This document shows positions 31,498 to 40,531 of a stretch of 64,000 bases of DNA, piece by piece. The number at the start of each line of letters is the position of its first letter. Position 1 is the first letter of the stretch. The stretch covers positions 181,534-245,533 of the forward strand of contig CAWJMT010000036.1 of NCBI GenBank assembly GCA_963844035.1, read 5' to 3'. The notes under the pieces are model-generated. The model worked only from the letters and a program-made list of their open reading frames with translations. It searched no databases and was not told the DNA's origin. The stretch is from an uncultured Gemmatimonadales bacterium (GTDB lineage: Bacteria; Gemmatimonadota; Gemmatimonadetes; Gemmatimonadales; GWC2-71-9). Both the position numbers and the translations under genes were made by a program.

Positions 31498-32001
31498 ATG
31501 ACCCCCTTGGCTTACGAAACCGGCAATGACCTGCCCGCGACCGCTCGCGCGCAAGTCGCTGAGCTTCTGAACAACCGTCTCGCTGACGCCATCGACCTGG
31601 CGGCCCAGGCCAAACAGGCGCACTGGAACGTGAAGGGTCCGCAGTTCATCGCATTGCACAAGCTGTTCGACGAGATCCACGAGGCCGTCACGGGGTACGT
31701 CGACCTGATCGCGGAGCGGGTGGTACAGCTCGGAGGGATCGCCGAGGGCGGCGTGCGCGTGGTGGCGGAGCGCTCGGAGCTTACGGACTATCCGCGCGGT
31801 ATCGCGGATGGCATGGAGCACGTCGACGTGCTCGCCGGCGGTCTTGCGGCGTTCGGCACGCGGATGCGGCGGGCGATCGACGAGACGGCCGATCTCGGCG
31901 ACAGCAACAGCTCCGACATTTGCACCGAGATCTCCCGCGGCATCGACAAGTGGTTGTGGTTCGTCGAGGCGCACACGCAGGCGTCGGTCCTGGCACGATA
32001 A
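31498..32001 (+). CDS. dps: DNA protection during starvation protein
   Basis: KQAHWNVKGPQFIALHKLFD, DLIAER and DKWLWFVEAH. Confidence 0.95.
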   Translation: MTPLAYETGNDLPATARAQVAELLNNRLADAIDLAAQAKQAHWNVKGPQFIALHKLFDEIHEAVTGYVDLIAERVVQLGGIAEGGVRVVAERSELTDYPRGIADGMEHVDVLAGGLAAFGTRMRRAIDETADLGDSNSSDICTEISRGIDKWLWFVEAHTQASVLAR

Positions 32002-32020
32002 CGTCACGCCGCCCGACGTG

Positions 32021-32100
32021 CGCGAGTAAACTCGCGGCTCGGCCCCTGCCCGTAAACGGCGTCGCCGCGCTGAGCGGCGCGCCAGCCGCTTCAGCCGCGG
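32021..32100. repeat. REP-like multi-hairpin element, copy 2 (degenerate 3' half)
   Basis: CGCGAGTAAACTCGCGGCTCGGCCCCTGCCCGTAAACGG matches 131-169 at 37/39; ends in GCTTCAGCCGCG as copy 1 does. Confidence 0.7.
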
Positions 32101-32147
32101 ATCACTCGCGGCGCCCCAGTACGTGAACAACTGCTTGTCATCGACAT

Positions 32148-33746
32148 CTAGGGCCGTTGCGCCAGCGCAGCGGCGAGCCGCTCGTCCCATCCATAGATGT
32201 CGTCGCGGAATTGGATGGTGCCATCCTCATCCACCCAAGCGGTCCAGTAGGTCAGGTGGGCTGGGATCGGCTGCGGCAACGGCACCACCTGCTCGGTCGG
32301 ACCGGTCATCGCGGCGCGCACCGAGTCCGCCGCCCAACGCACCGAATCCTGCAACAGCCGAACGGCCAGATCTGCGGGTCGCTCGATCCGTGTGCAGCCG
32401 TGGCTGAAGTTGCGGACGCGCTCGTGGAACGCTACTCGCGCCGGGGTGTCGTGGATGCAGACGTTGAAGTGACTGCCAAAGATGAACTTGACGCCGCCGA
32501 GTGGGTTGTCTCCCCCGGGCGCCTGCCGCAGTTGAAGGTTGAATGTCTGCTCCGTCATGGCCGCCCAATCCACCGTCCCGGGATCGACTTCGCGCGGGGC
32601 GGGCGATGAGTCCTCGAACACGCTGATCCGCTGCTGTCGGAGGTATTGCGGGTCGCGCTGGACGAGGGGCAGGACTTCCTCCACGGCGATGCTGCGCGGG
32701 ATGTTCCACACCGGGCTGAAGATCAAGCTCGTGATCTGGCCGCTGACGATCGGCGTGGGCCAGTCACCGCGGCCCACGACTGCCTGCGTCGTCATCACCG
32801 TCCTCCCGCTGTCGATGAGTGCCAGCTCGAACGCGGCGCTGTTGACCATCACATACCGTCGGCCCAGGGAGCGGGGCAGCCAGCGCCAGCGCTCCAGGTT
32901 GAGCTCGATCTGGCGGATCCGCACACGCACCGGGACGTTCAGCGCCCCACGCGTCGCCGCGCCCACCACGCCATCCGGCTCGAGGCCATGCCGGGTTTGA
33001 AACCGCTGCACCGCGTGGACGACAGCCGTGTCGTACACGTCCCCGCCGTCGTTGCCTGACGGAAGATCTCCTTCCCCCGTGAGCCGCGTTCGCAGGGCGA
33101 CCACGCGTGCGTCCCGAGTCCCGGGAACGAGGTTGCGGCCGGCGGGGAAGGCGGGCCACCCACCGCGGTCGGCTATCCCGCGGTGGCGCTTCAGGGCCTC
33201 TCGCAGCTTCGCGTAGCCCGGGTGCGGGGGCGCCAAGCGCTCCAGCACTTGCGCCGGGCGGCCGGAATCGAGAACGGCCTTGAGGGCAGCGGCAAGGTCC
33301 ACCGCGCGTGGGGCGGCCGTCCACGGCGAATCGACGGCGGCGGGATCGATGCGGCCGCGTGACAGGTGGGAGCCGTAGGCGAGCAGGGTGCGGCTGAGCA
33401 ACAGATCGAGGCGGGCCAGACTGTCCGGCTCGCCCCCCGACTGCAACAAACGGCGAATCGCCGCGTGCGGGTAATCGTCAGGATCCAGGCCGTCGGCCCG
33501 GGCCGCTTCAACCACCCCCAGCAGGTCGGCGGCCGCCGGCAAAGGCCCGTTCTCGCCGACCCAGCCAGCGCGATAGGCGCGCTGCTCGTACACGCGTACA
33601 AGCAGGGGCCGCAGCGCGTCGTGTGGCTCGGCGCTGAGGCGAGCGCGCAGGCGCTCGGGCAGGCCCTGTGCGGCAGCGACTCGATGCACCGCGAGCAGGG
33701 CGGCGATCAGGAGGAGCGAGGCTCGGGCCAGCAGAGTGCGATTCAC
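32148..33746 (-). CDS. L,D-transpeptidase, YcbB/LdtD type, with PG-binding domain
   Basis: Signal peptide; FQTRHGLEPDG; NLERWRW; HDTP...FSHGC catalytic motif. Confidence 0.9.
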   Translation of the reverse strand: MNRTLLARASLLLIAALLAVHRVAAAQGLPERLRARLSAEPHDALRPLLVRVYEQRAYRAGWVGENGPLPAAADLLGVVEAARADGLDPDDYPHAAIRRLLQSGGEPDSLARLDLLLSRTLLAYGSHLSRGRIDPAAVDSPWTAAPRAVDLAAALKAVLDSGRPAQVLERLAPPHPGYAKLREALKRHRGIADRGGWPAFPAGRNLVPGTRDARVVALRTRLTGEGDLPSGNDGGDVYDTAVVHAVQRFQTRHGLEPDGVVGAATRGALNVPVRVRIRQIELNLERWRWLPRSLGRRYVMVNSAAFELALIDSGRTVMTTQAVVGRGDWPTPIVSGQITSLIFSPVWNIPRSIAVEEVLPLVQRDPQYLRQQRISVFEDSSPAPREVDPGTVDWAAMTEQTFNLQLRQAPGGDNPLGGVKFIFGSHFNVCIHDTPARVAFHERVRNFSHGCTRIERPADLAVRLLQDSVRWAADSVRAAMTGPTEQVVPLPQPIPAHLTYWTAWVDEDGTIQFRDDIYGWDERLAAALAQRP

Positions 33747-33770
33747 GCCTTCCAAGATAGGGCACGAATG

Positions 33771-33815
33771 TCTCACGGTGGCTTCACCATCCTCTCAGGC
33801 CCCGGACCGCAGGTT
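33771..33815 (+). promoter_or_regulatory. CTTCA-box promoter
   Basis: TCTCAC-N5-CTTCAC-N5-TCTCAG-N11-CAGGTT. Confidence 0.65.
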
Positions 33816-33862
33816 TCCAGCTGGAGCCATGAGTCGACAGTTCTTGACCGGGGGATATTTCC

Positions 33863-34330
33863 ATGCTTGCGATCCACGAAATCATGACCCAATGGCCGAT
33901 CACTGCGACGCCGAGCACCACAATCGGCGAAGTGATGGGCGAGTTCGATCGGCACGATTTCAACGCGATTCCGGTCGTTGGCGCGGGCGGCGAGTTGGTG
34001 GGCATCGTCACGAAGCTCGATGTGCTGCGGGCGTTGCAACCGGCCCCCGCCGGGGAGCTCCCCATGCGCTTTCCGGTGACTTCGCAGCGGGTTGAGAGCA
34101 TCATGCGCCGCGGCGTCGTGACCGTCGAGCCGGAGGATCCCGTCGTCATCGCGGCGGATCTGATGGTCGCTACCCGGTTCCTGAGTCTCCCCGTGGTGGA
34201 GCGGCTGCACGGGTCGGAGCGGAAGGTGGTCGGCATCGTCACTCAGGGCGACCTGATCCGCGGGTTTCGGTCGGAGCCGGTGAGCGCTCATGCTCCCCCG
34301 CAGATCGAGAGTCCATGGCTGGAGTCCTGA
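33863..34330 (+). CDS. CBS domain protein
   Basis: IPVV...LVGIVTKLD and LPVV...VVGIVTQGD. Confidence 0.9.
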   Translation: MLAIHEIMTQWPITATPSTTIGEVMGEFDRHDFNAIPVVGAGGELVGIVTKLDVLRALQPAPAGELPMRFPVTSQRVESIMRRGVVTVEPEDPVVIAADLMVATRFLSLPVVERLHGSERKVVGIVTQGDLIRGFRSEPVSAHAPPQIESPWLES

Positions 34331-34363
34331 CCGCCGAGCGCGCAGTCGAGTCGTGGCCGGGGC

Positions 34364-34984
34364 TCAGATCCGGTGCTGAGCGACGGCCTTCATGATGTCG
34401 GTCGCGGTCACGATCCCCACGAGTTGGTTGTCCTCAAGCACCACCGCGCGGTGAATGCGCTGCTTCAGCATGTAGGCGGCGGCGTCGGCGACACTCAGGC
34501 CAGGCGCCACCGAGCGGACGCCGCGGCTCATGACTTCCGCAACGGTGTGCTCCGCGAGCAAGTCCCACTCGGGGCCTTTGAGCTCCGCAAAGCGCTCGGC
34601 GACATCCGCCCCGGCGTCGGACCACAGCTCGTTGAAGTAGGTGCCGGGCGCCTCGACGTCCTTCGCCCACTCATCCTCTTCGGGTAGGTCCAGTCCGTCC
34701 TCGTCGGCCTGTTCCGGCTGCTCGGTGGGCACCGTGGGCGTAACGGCTTCGAAGGTCAGGACATCGCTCGCCGACAGGACCCCCACGACCTTCCCCCCGG
34801 ATACCACGGGTGCGCCGGTGATGTAGCGGCCGGCCAGCAGCTCGACGGCGTCCCGCAGCGTCGCCTCGGGGTCCAGGACTACCACTTTGGTGGACATGAT
34901 GTCTCGCACGGCGAGGGTTGGGCGGCCGTTGCCGGAGGCATGCAGCTCTCGCGTGTGGACCTTGTCAGTCTGAGCGTGTTTCAT
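34364..34984 (-). CDS. CBS domain protein with acidic insert
   Basis: VRDIMS, ITGAPVV and LVGIVTATD. Confidence 0.9.
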   Translation of the reverse strand: MKHAQTDKVHTRELHASGNGRPTLAVRDIMSTKVVVLDPEATLRDAVELLAGRYITGAPVVSGGKVVGVLSASDVLTFEAVTPTVPTEQPEQADEDGLDLPEEDEWAKDVEAPGTYFNELWSDAGADVAERFAELKGPEWDLLAEHTVAEVMSRGVRSVAPGLSVADAAAYMLKQRIHRAVVLEDNQLVGIVTATDIMKAVAQHRI

Positions 34985-35027
34985 TGGGCGCTCCTGGTGA
35001 TGCGTGATCGGGACCATCTTGGAGTGA

Positions 35028-35140
35028 ACAGTCGCCTGACGAGGCTAAGGCGGAGGTGAAGCACCCATGAAAGGTTGCGGGCGAGGTGAAGAAGGCCTCA
35101 TGTGAGGTTGCGGCGGACATCAGGAGCAGTGTGTTAGTGT
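35028..35140. promoter_or_regulatory. Divergent CTTCA-box promoters (CBS gene on minus, candidate sRNA on plus)
   Basis: Minus TTTCAT-N5-CTTCAC-N5-CCTTAG-N11-GACTGT; plus GTGAAG-N4-CCTCAT-N16-CATCAG-N11-TAGTGT with extended TG. Confidence 0.72.
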
Positions 35141-35146
35141 GAGGAT

Positions 35147-35308
35147 GGCGTAGGGCACCCGGCATGAGTAGGGTGGCCCCAGCGGCCACCTACGGGGCTC
35201 GCCCGTATGAAGTCCGTACGACGGCCTCTTGGGAGTGGATCTTGATCCACCCGCTTGGTCCCTACGCTGTGAGACCCGCTCGGCGCTCGTGCCGGGCGGG
35301 TTTCGTTT
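35147..35308 (+). ncRNA. Candidate structured small RNA (~160 nt), family unknown
   Basis: Closing stem GCGTAGGG (35148-55) with CCCTACGC (35260-67); internal hairpins; promoter upstream and plus-strand terminator downstream. Confidence 0.6.
35271..35308 (+). terminator. Intrinsic terminator
   Basis: 15-bp stem GAGACCCGCTCGGCG/TGCCGGGCGGGTTTC with three G-U pairs that form only on the plus strand, then TTTCGTTT. Confidence 0.75.
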
Positions 35309-35344
35309 GCGGGAGTGGGAAGAAAGGCGAGCAGCGAGATACTT

Positions 35345-36127
35345 TCAGGCGAACCGGAGCAGGGCGGCGAGCCCGTCGATCCGGCGCGCCGCGTCGGGAT
35401 CCTGGATCGTGACCACGGTCGCGTGCTGGCGGCGTGCGTCCGCGATCGCCTCACTGACGAGATCCGGCACGGGCGTTGGCACTCCCTCTCCGAGACATTC
35501 GCTGGCGGCGAGCACCAGGCGATGCGAGACGGCGCAGCGGAATCCGGTCGCCGAGGTGTCTCGTGCGACGAGGAGGGTGCGCACTTGCCCCTTCGCGAGC
35601 GCGCGCAGCGTCTCCCGGACTCCGTTGGTGGCCGAGCCCGTGCCGAGTCCTTCCTCGAGCGCCGCGAGCATGTCGCGTTCGGCTGCCGGTCGGCGGTCTT
35701 TCTGAGCGCGGCGCGCGGCCTGTGCGACCACCGCAGGGGTCACCTCGGTCGGGTTCAACCGGGTCGTGGCGACCAGTCGGTCGGCGAGAGTCGGGGGCAG
35801 CGCCAGCGCGAGGCTCGCGACGGCTCCACCAATGCCCGCGACGAGAATTCCATCGGCCGGCCGTTCGCGGTCGAGCCGCAGCAAGCGCTGCACGACGCCT
35901 TCCACGTGACGGCGCGCCTCTTCGCGGATACGGCCGTGATACGCGTGCTCCCCCCACCCGGGGCTCCCCTGGCGGTCGCTGTGAAACTTGCCGCCCCGCA
36001 TTGCCGGTGACTGGTAGCTCGGGAGCTCCGTTACGTCGGCGTCCGTCACCTCGAAGAACCGCGCGTGCGCTCGATCGAGCACGACCGCGAGCACGCATCC
36101 GATGTCCTGCTGTACGGCGGTTGTCAT
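35345..36127 (-). CDS. Bacterial archaeo-eukaryotic release factor-like (baeRF / host-attachment family) protein
   Basis: [31 protein letters not shown] and C-terminal GLAALLRF. Confidence 0.75.
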   Translation of the reverse strand: MTTAVQQDIGCVLAVVLDRAHARFFEVTDADVTELPSYQSPAMRGGKFHSDRQGSPGWGEHAYHGRIREEARRHVEGVVQRLLRLDRERPADGILVAGIGGAVASLALALPPTLADRLVATTRLNPTEVTPAVVAQAARRAQKDRRPAAERDMLAALEEGLGTGSATNGVRETLRALAKGQVRTLLVARDTSATGFRCAVSHRLVLAASECLGEGVPTPVPDLVSEAIADARRQHATVVTIQDPDAARRIDGLAALLRFA

Positions 36128-36129
36128 GG

Positions 36130-37757
36130 TCAGTACTCCTCCCCCGCCTGGGGAGTTGCAGTGGGTTTCGGCTCTGGAATCTCGGTCAGCGTCGCTTCGG
36201 TCAGGAGCAGTACGCCGGCGACGGAGACAGCGTTTTCGAGCGCGACCCGTACCACCTTGGTCGGGTCGATGATCCCGGCTTCGGCGAGATCGACGTACTC
36301 GGAGCGGGCGGCGTCGAATCCGAAGTTGCCCGTTCCCCGCGCGCATGCGTTCGACCACCACGCCGCCGTCCACGGCCGAGTTCTCGGCGATTTGCCGGGT
36401 GGGCGCCTCGAGTGCCCGTCGCAGGATCAGCATCCCCGTGCGCTCGTCCCCGTCCGCCTTGGCGGCGTCCTGCTCGACCGGCTCGATCGCGCGCAGCAGC
36501 GCCAGCCCGCCGCCGGGGACGATCCCCTCGGCCATCGCGGCCTTGGTGGCGCTGATGGCGTCGTCGAACGCTTCCTTCCGGCTCTTGAGCTCGGTTTCCG
36601 AGGGCGCCCCGACCCGGATGACCGCGACGCCGCCCGCGAGCTTGGCGAGCCGCTCCTCCAGCTTTTCGCGATCGTAGTCCGACGTCGCGTCCTTGATTTG
36701 CTTGCGCAGCTCGTCGCAGCGCCCGGCGATCGCGGCCTTCGCGCCGGTCGCCGCCGATGATCGTCGTGTCATCCTTGTCGACGACGACGCGCTCGGCCTG
36801 GCCCAGGTCGTCCACGCGTGACGTGCTCGAGCTTGACCCCGATCTCCTCGGCGATCACGCGGCCGCCCGTGAGGATCGCCATGTCCTCGAGCATGGCCTT
36901 GCGGCGGTCGCCGAACCCCGGCGCCTTGACCGCGAGGCAGGCGAGCGTGCCGCGCAGCTTGTTCACCACCAGCGTGGCGAGCGCCTCGCCTTCGATGTCC
37001 TCCGCGACGACGAGCAGCGCCCGGCCGAGCTTCGCGACCTGCTCGAGCAGCGGCAGCAGGTCCTTCAGGTTGGCGATACGCTTCTCGTGCAGGAGCACGA
37101 ACGGTCGCTCCAGCACCGCCTCCATCTTGGCTGGATCGGAGATGAAGTAGGGCGACAGATAGCCGCGGTCGAACTGCATTCCCTTCACGACCTCGAGCGC
37201 GGTCTCGGTGCCCTTCGCCTCCTCGACGCTGATCGCGCCCTCGGGACCGACCTTCTCCACGGCGTCGGCGACGATCTCGCCGATCGTGGCATCGTTGTGT
37301 CGCGGAGATCGTGGCCACCTGCGTCTTCTCGCGCCGAGTCTTGACCGGGCGGGACAGCGTGCGCAGTGACTCGACGGCTACGCGCAGACGCGCGATCGAG
37401 GCCGCGCTTCAGGTCGATGGCGCTTGCGCCGGCAGCGACATTGCGCAAGCCGTCGGTGAAGATCGCGTGCGCCAGCAGGGTCGCGGTGGTGGTGCCGTCG
37501 CCGACCGCGTCACCGGTGCGCGCTGCCGCTTCGCGGAGCACCTGCGCACCGAGGTTCTCCTCCGCGTCTTTGAGATCGACTTCCTTCGCGATGGTCACGC
37601 CGTCGTTGCACACGAGCGGCTGACCCCATTTCTTCTCGATCAGGACGCACTTGGACTTGGGGCCGAGCGTCACGCGGACGGCATCGGCAAGCGCGGTGGC
37701 ACCACGCAGCACTTTTTCTCGCGCGGCCGCCCGGAAGGTCAGTTGTTTGTGGGGCAT
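36130..37757 (-). CDS. groL: Chaperonin GroEL (several frameshifts), no adjacent groES
   Basis: [38 protein letters not shown] and ERLAKLAGG. Confidence 0.92.
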
Positions 37758-37764
37758 GGGCGTC

Positions 37765-38121
37765 TCAACTCGGTTGTTTGGAAGAGATCGACGGAGCATG
37801 TGCCGTTGCGAGCGCGTTCTGGCGCTCGACGTAGGCCTGCAACCGCCGGCGGGCGGCGTCAAAGGCGTCCTGCACCGCGGTGCGGAGCTCGTCGCAAGGC
37901 TGGTGATTGATCACGATCTCCCCGCCGGGCAGCACGATCTCGACCCGGACGCGGTACTTGTGACCATCACTCCTCCGGCGGCGCTGCGGAACGTCAATCG
38001 TGACGGCGCAACTCGTGATCCGCTCGTAGTACCGACTCAAGCCGTTGATCCGCTCACGGAGGTCCGCCTCCGTTGCGGCGGGCAACTCGATGTTCCGTAC
38101 TGTGATCCGTGCTTGCACCAT
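37765..38121 (-). CDS. HPF/RaiA ribosome hibernation family protein
   Basis: ITVRNIE, ITSCAVTI and AVQDAFDAARRRL. Confidence 0.85.
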   Translation of the reverse strand: MVQARITVRNIELPAATEADLRERINGLSRYYERITSCAVTIDVPQRRRRSDGHKYRVRVEIVLPGGEIVINHQPCDELRTAVQDAFDAARRRLQAYVERQNALATAHAPSISSKQPS

Positions 38122-38142
38122 GGGAGTGCTCCTTTCGAACCC

Positions 38143-38268
38143 AAGGTGGTCCGATTGGTGTGAAGACGTCCTGAGGGCGGGCAGAAGCTTCCTTCGGACC
38201 GCGGGCTACTCGGGCAGGCGGTCCTTCCTCGCAATCTCACGGCGGATTCACACCACCGGAGCGATGAT
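38143..38268. promoter_or_regulatory. Divergent CTTCA-box promoters
   Basis: Minus CCGAAG-N4-CTTCTG-N5-CCTCAG-N5-CTTCAC-N11-CACCTT; plus CTTCCT-N5-TCTCAC-N5-ATTCAC-N11-GATGAT. Confidence 0.7.
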
Positions 38269-38317
38269 TGGCCAGGACGCAGAACGACTATGACCTACTG
38301 ACGCAGGAGCGGAGACC

Positions 38318-38587
38318 ATGACAACGGTGACGAAGAATCTTCTCCGGGCGTTGGCAATACGCGCCGCCGCGGCAGCCCGCACGACAGGGAAGCGCGCGGT
38401 CAACAAGATGGTGGCCGCAACGGATGCGGCACTCGTCGAGGCGGGTCGTGCGGCAGCTCGGCGCCAGCGGGTGCGGACCGTGAAGGCAGCCCTGAACGTG
38501 GCGGCGAAGGCCGCGCTGATCGCAGGAACGGCGGCTGCGACGGTTGTGGCCGTTCGCGCGATGCGCGCTCGGAAGCCCGCCACCTGA
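38318..38587 (+). CDS. Small basic Ala-rich protein with C-terminal hydrophobic helix
   Basis: GGAG RBS; fills the gap before the DUF2892 gene. Confidence 0.6.
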   Translation: MTTVTKNLLRALAIRAAAAARTTGKRAVNKMVAATDAALVEAGRAAARRQRVRTVKAALNVAAKAALIAGTAAATVVAVRAMRARKPAT

Positions 38588-38599
38588 CGAGGAGGATCG

Positions 38600-38836
38600 A
38601 TGCGCAAGAACGTCGGCAGCCTCGATTCCGCGATTCGCGCGATGGTCGCCTTGGCGCTGTTACTGGCTGCGGGGGCGACGAGCCAATGGCTCGTTCTCTC
38701 GGTCGCGTGCGTGATCGTGGCGCTGGTGCTGGTCCGGACAGCATTAAATCAGTCGTGCCCGCTGTACACCCTCCTCGGCATTGAGACCCAGGGTGGCCGC
38801 GGCGGGGGCCCTCCGGCCGCACGGCGCAAAGCATGA
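38600..38836 (+). CDS. DUF2892 (YgaP-like) membrane protein
   Basis: KNVGSLDSAIR and CPLYTLLGI. Confidence 0.85.
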   Translation: MRKNVGSLDSAIRAMVALALLLAAGATSQWLVLSVACVIVALVLVRTALNQSCPLYTLLGIETQGGRGGGPPAARRKA

Positions 38837-38898
38837 AGGCAAACAACGCGCTGTGATGCGGGCGGGAATTTAGCGGGAATTTATCCAACACCGACGTG

Positions 38899-38939
38899 GA
38901 CGCCACCGGGTCGCACTTGCACTGGGACCCGGTGGCGTT
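38899..38939. terminator. Hairpin between convergent genes
   Basis: ACGCCACCGGGTC / GACCCGGTGGCGT, 13-bp stem. Confidence 0.55.
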
Positions 38940-38953
38940 GCTTGCGGTGGAGT

Positions 38954-39616
38954 TTAGCTCGCGAACACAAATTCGTCGTCAACCGCCGTTACGCCGGGCG
39001 CCGACCAAGCCGCGCGCCGCGCCTCGTCGCGCTCCGTCCAGGAGTGAATCTTGCCCCGGAGTGTCACGCTGCCGTTCGCCGTGGTGACCGTGATGTTCCG
39101 TGCTTCGGCCTCGGCGCTGCGCTTGAGCGCCGCCTCAATACGCTGCTTCACGTCGGTTGGGCTCACGGGCGCCGCGACCTTGATGTGGCAGCTGATGCCG
39201 CGTACTCCCGGGAGGTACCGGATCGCCCGCTCGGTGGCGTCGCGCTGATAGCGCCACTGCACGGTGCCGTCCAAGGTTACCCAGCCGTTCTCCACGGCTG
39301 CCTTGATGTCCTTGTCGGGCACCTCCACATGCCACGCGAGTGCGTTTGTGACTGCGGTGGCCAACTCGGCATCCGAGTGAAGGTTCGCAGGCGCCACCTG
39401 GACGTTGAGATGCTGTACGACCCCCCGCACGCCGCTGACCGACTCGACATCGCGCTCCGCCGTCAACTTCATGGCGAACGACGACACCGTGCCGCTCAGA
39501 GTGACAACACCATTCCGCGCCGACACCGCGATGCCCGTCTGATCCACGCTCGGATCCCATACCAGGGCATCCATGACGTCTTTCTCAAGGGCACGGTCGC
39601 TCTTGGATTCCCACAT
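38954..39616 (-). CDS. Triple BON-domain protein (OsmY-like, no signal peptide)
   Basis: GVVTLSGTV, GWVTLDGTV, GSVTLRG and AWSAPGV. Confidence 0.9.
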   Translation of the reverse strand: MWESKSDRALEKDVMDALVWDPSVDQTGIAVSARNGVVTLSGTVSSFAMKLTAERDVESVSGVRGVVQHLNVQVAPANLHSDAELATAVTNALAWHVEVPDKDIKAAVENGWVTLDGTVQWRYQRDATERAIRYLPGVRGISCHIKVAAPVSPTDVKQRIEAALKRSAEAEARNITVTTANGSVTLRGKIHSWTERDEARRAAWSAPGVTAVDDEFVFAS

Positions 39617-39684
39617 ACCCACTCTCTCTTTCGTTGAGGTTTCCACTCCCACAGGACGATGTCAGACATCGGCCTCGTGGTGAA

Positions 39685-39789
39685 ATGGTACGGGGCGCAG
39701 CCTGAAATGGACGCCAAGATCCGGTGAAGGGTTGCTGTGGAAGATTTCAGTGGTGGCTCAACGTTTCTTCACGGCACCGGCGCCAAGTT
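39685..39789. promoter_or_regulatory. Divergent CTTCA-box promoters
   Basis: Minus CTTCAC-N16-TTTCAG-N11-TACCAT; plus CTGTGG-N4-TTTCAG-N5-GCTCAA-N5-CTTCAC-N11-CAAGTT. Confidence 0.7.
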
Positions 39790-39819
39790 CCCGGGGAAAC
39801 AGGCGCAAGGAGGATGAGA

Positions 39820-40518
39820 ATGCGACACGTATCGATTCGCCGATCGCCGGGAGGCGGGTCGCCTGCTTGGGCGGGCGCTCAGCCGGTACGCACGCCATCC
39901 GGATCTCTTGGTGTTGGCGCTGCCCCGCGGCGGCGTGCCGGTCGCGTATGAGGTTGCCAAAACGCTCGGCGCCCCGCTCGATGTGCTGGTCGTTCGCAAG
40001 CTGGGCGTGCCGGGCCACGAGGAGATCGCTATGGGCGCGATCGCGAGCGGTGGGGGGCGGGTCTTGAACCGCGATACGATCGAGCAGCTGGGAATTCCGA
40101 TGGCCCTGGTCGACCAGGCAACGGCGTTCGAGCGGCGGGAGTTGGAGCGTCGTGAGCGCGCCTATCGAGGCGCGCGGCCGGCACCGGAGGTGCGCGGACG
40201 CACGGTCATCGTCGTGGACGACGGACTGGCGACTGGGGCGACCATGCTCGCGGCCGTCGGCGCACTGCGCGACGAGGGGCCAGAGAGCATCATCGTCGCA
40301 GCGCCTGTGGGCTCAGTCGAGGCTTGCGATGTCGTGCTGCGAGCGGCCGATGCGTGCGTGTGCGTGGTGACGTCCGACCCTACTGGGTGCTGTCGGCCGC
40401 TGGTACGTCGACTTCACACAGACGACCGACGAGGAAGTGCACGCGCTCCTTGCGCACGCGGAATCCGAGGGCCTCGACCCGAGAGGCGCGTGCGCCCCTC
40501 GAACCGCTCCCCCACTGA
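39820..40518 (+). CDS. Phosphoribosyltransferase (Rv2030c/Rv0571c N-domain-like; frameshifts ~39830, ~40385; end uncertain)
   Basis: FADRREAG, LALPRGGVPV, VVDDGLATG and AVGRWYVDFTQTTDEEV. Confidence 0.8.
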
Positions 40519-40531
40519 GAGGGACGCGATC

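Noticed and set aside
35164..35412. 82-aa ORF, or 6S/SRP/5S/hammerhead identity, for the candidate sRNA
   Set aside because: The ORF crosses the terminator and lacks an RBS; the diagnostic motifs and shapes of those RNA families are absent
35345..37318. 657-aa GroEL-baeRF fusion
   Set aside because: Mosaic of frames; GroEL stops at 36130 and baeRF starts at 36127
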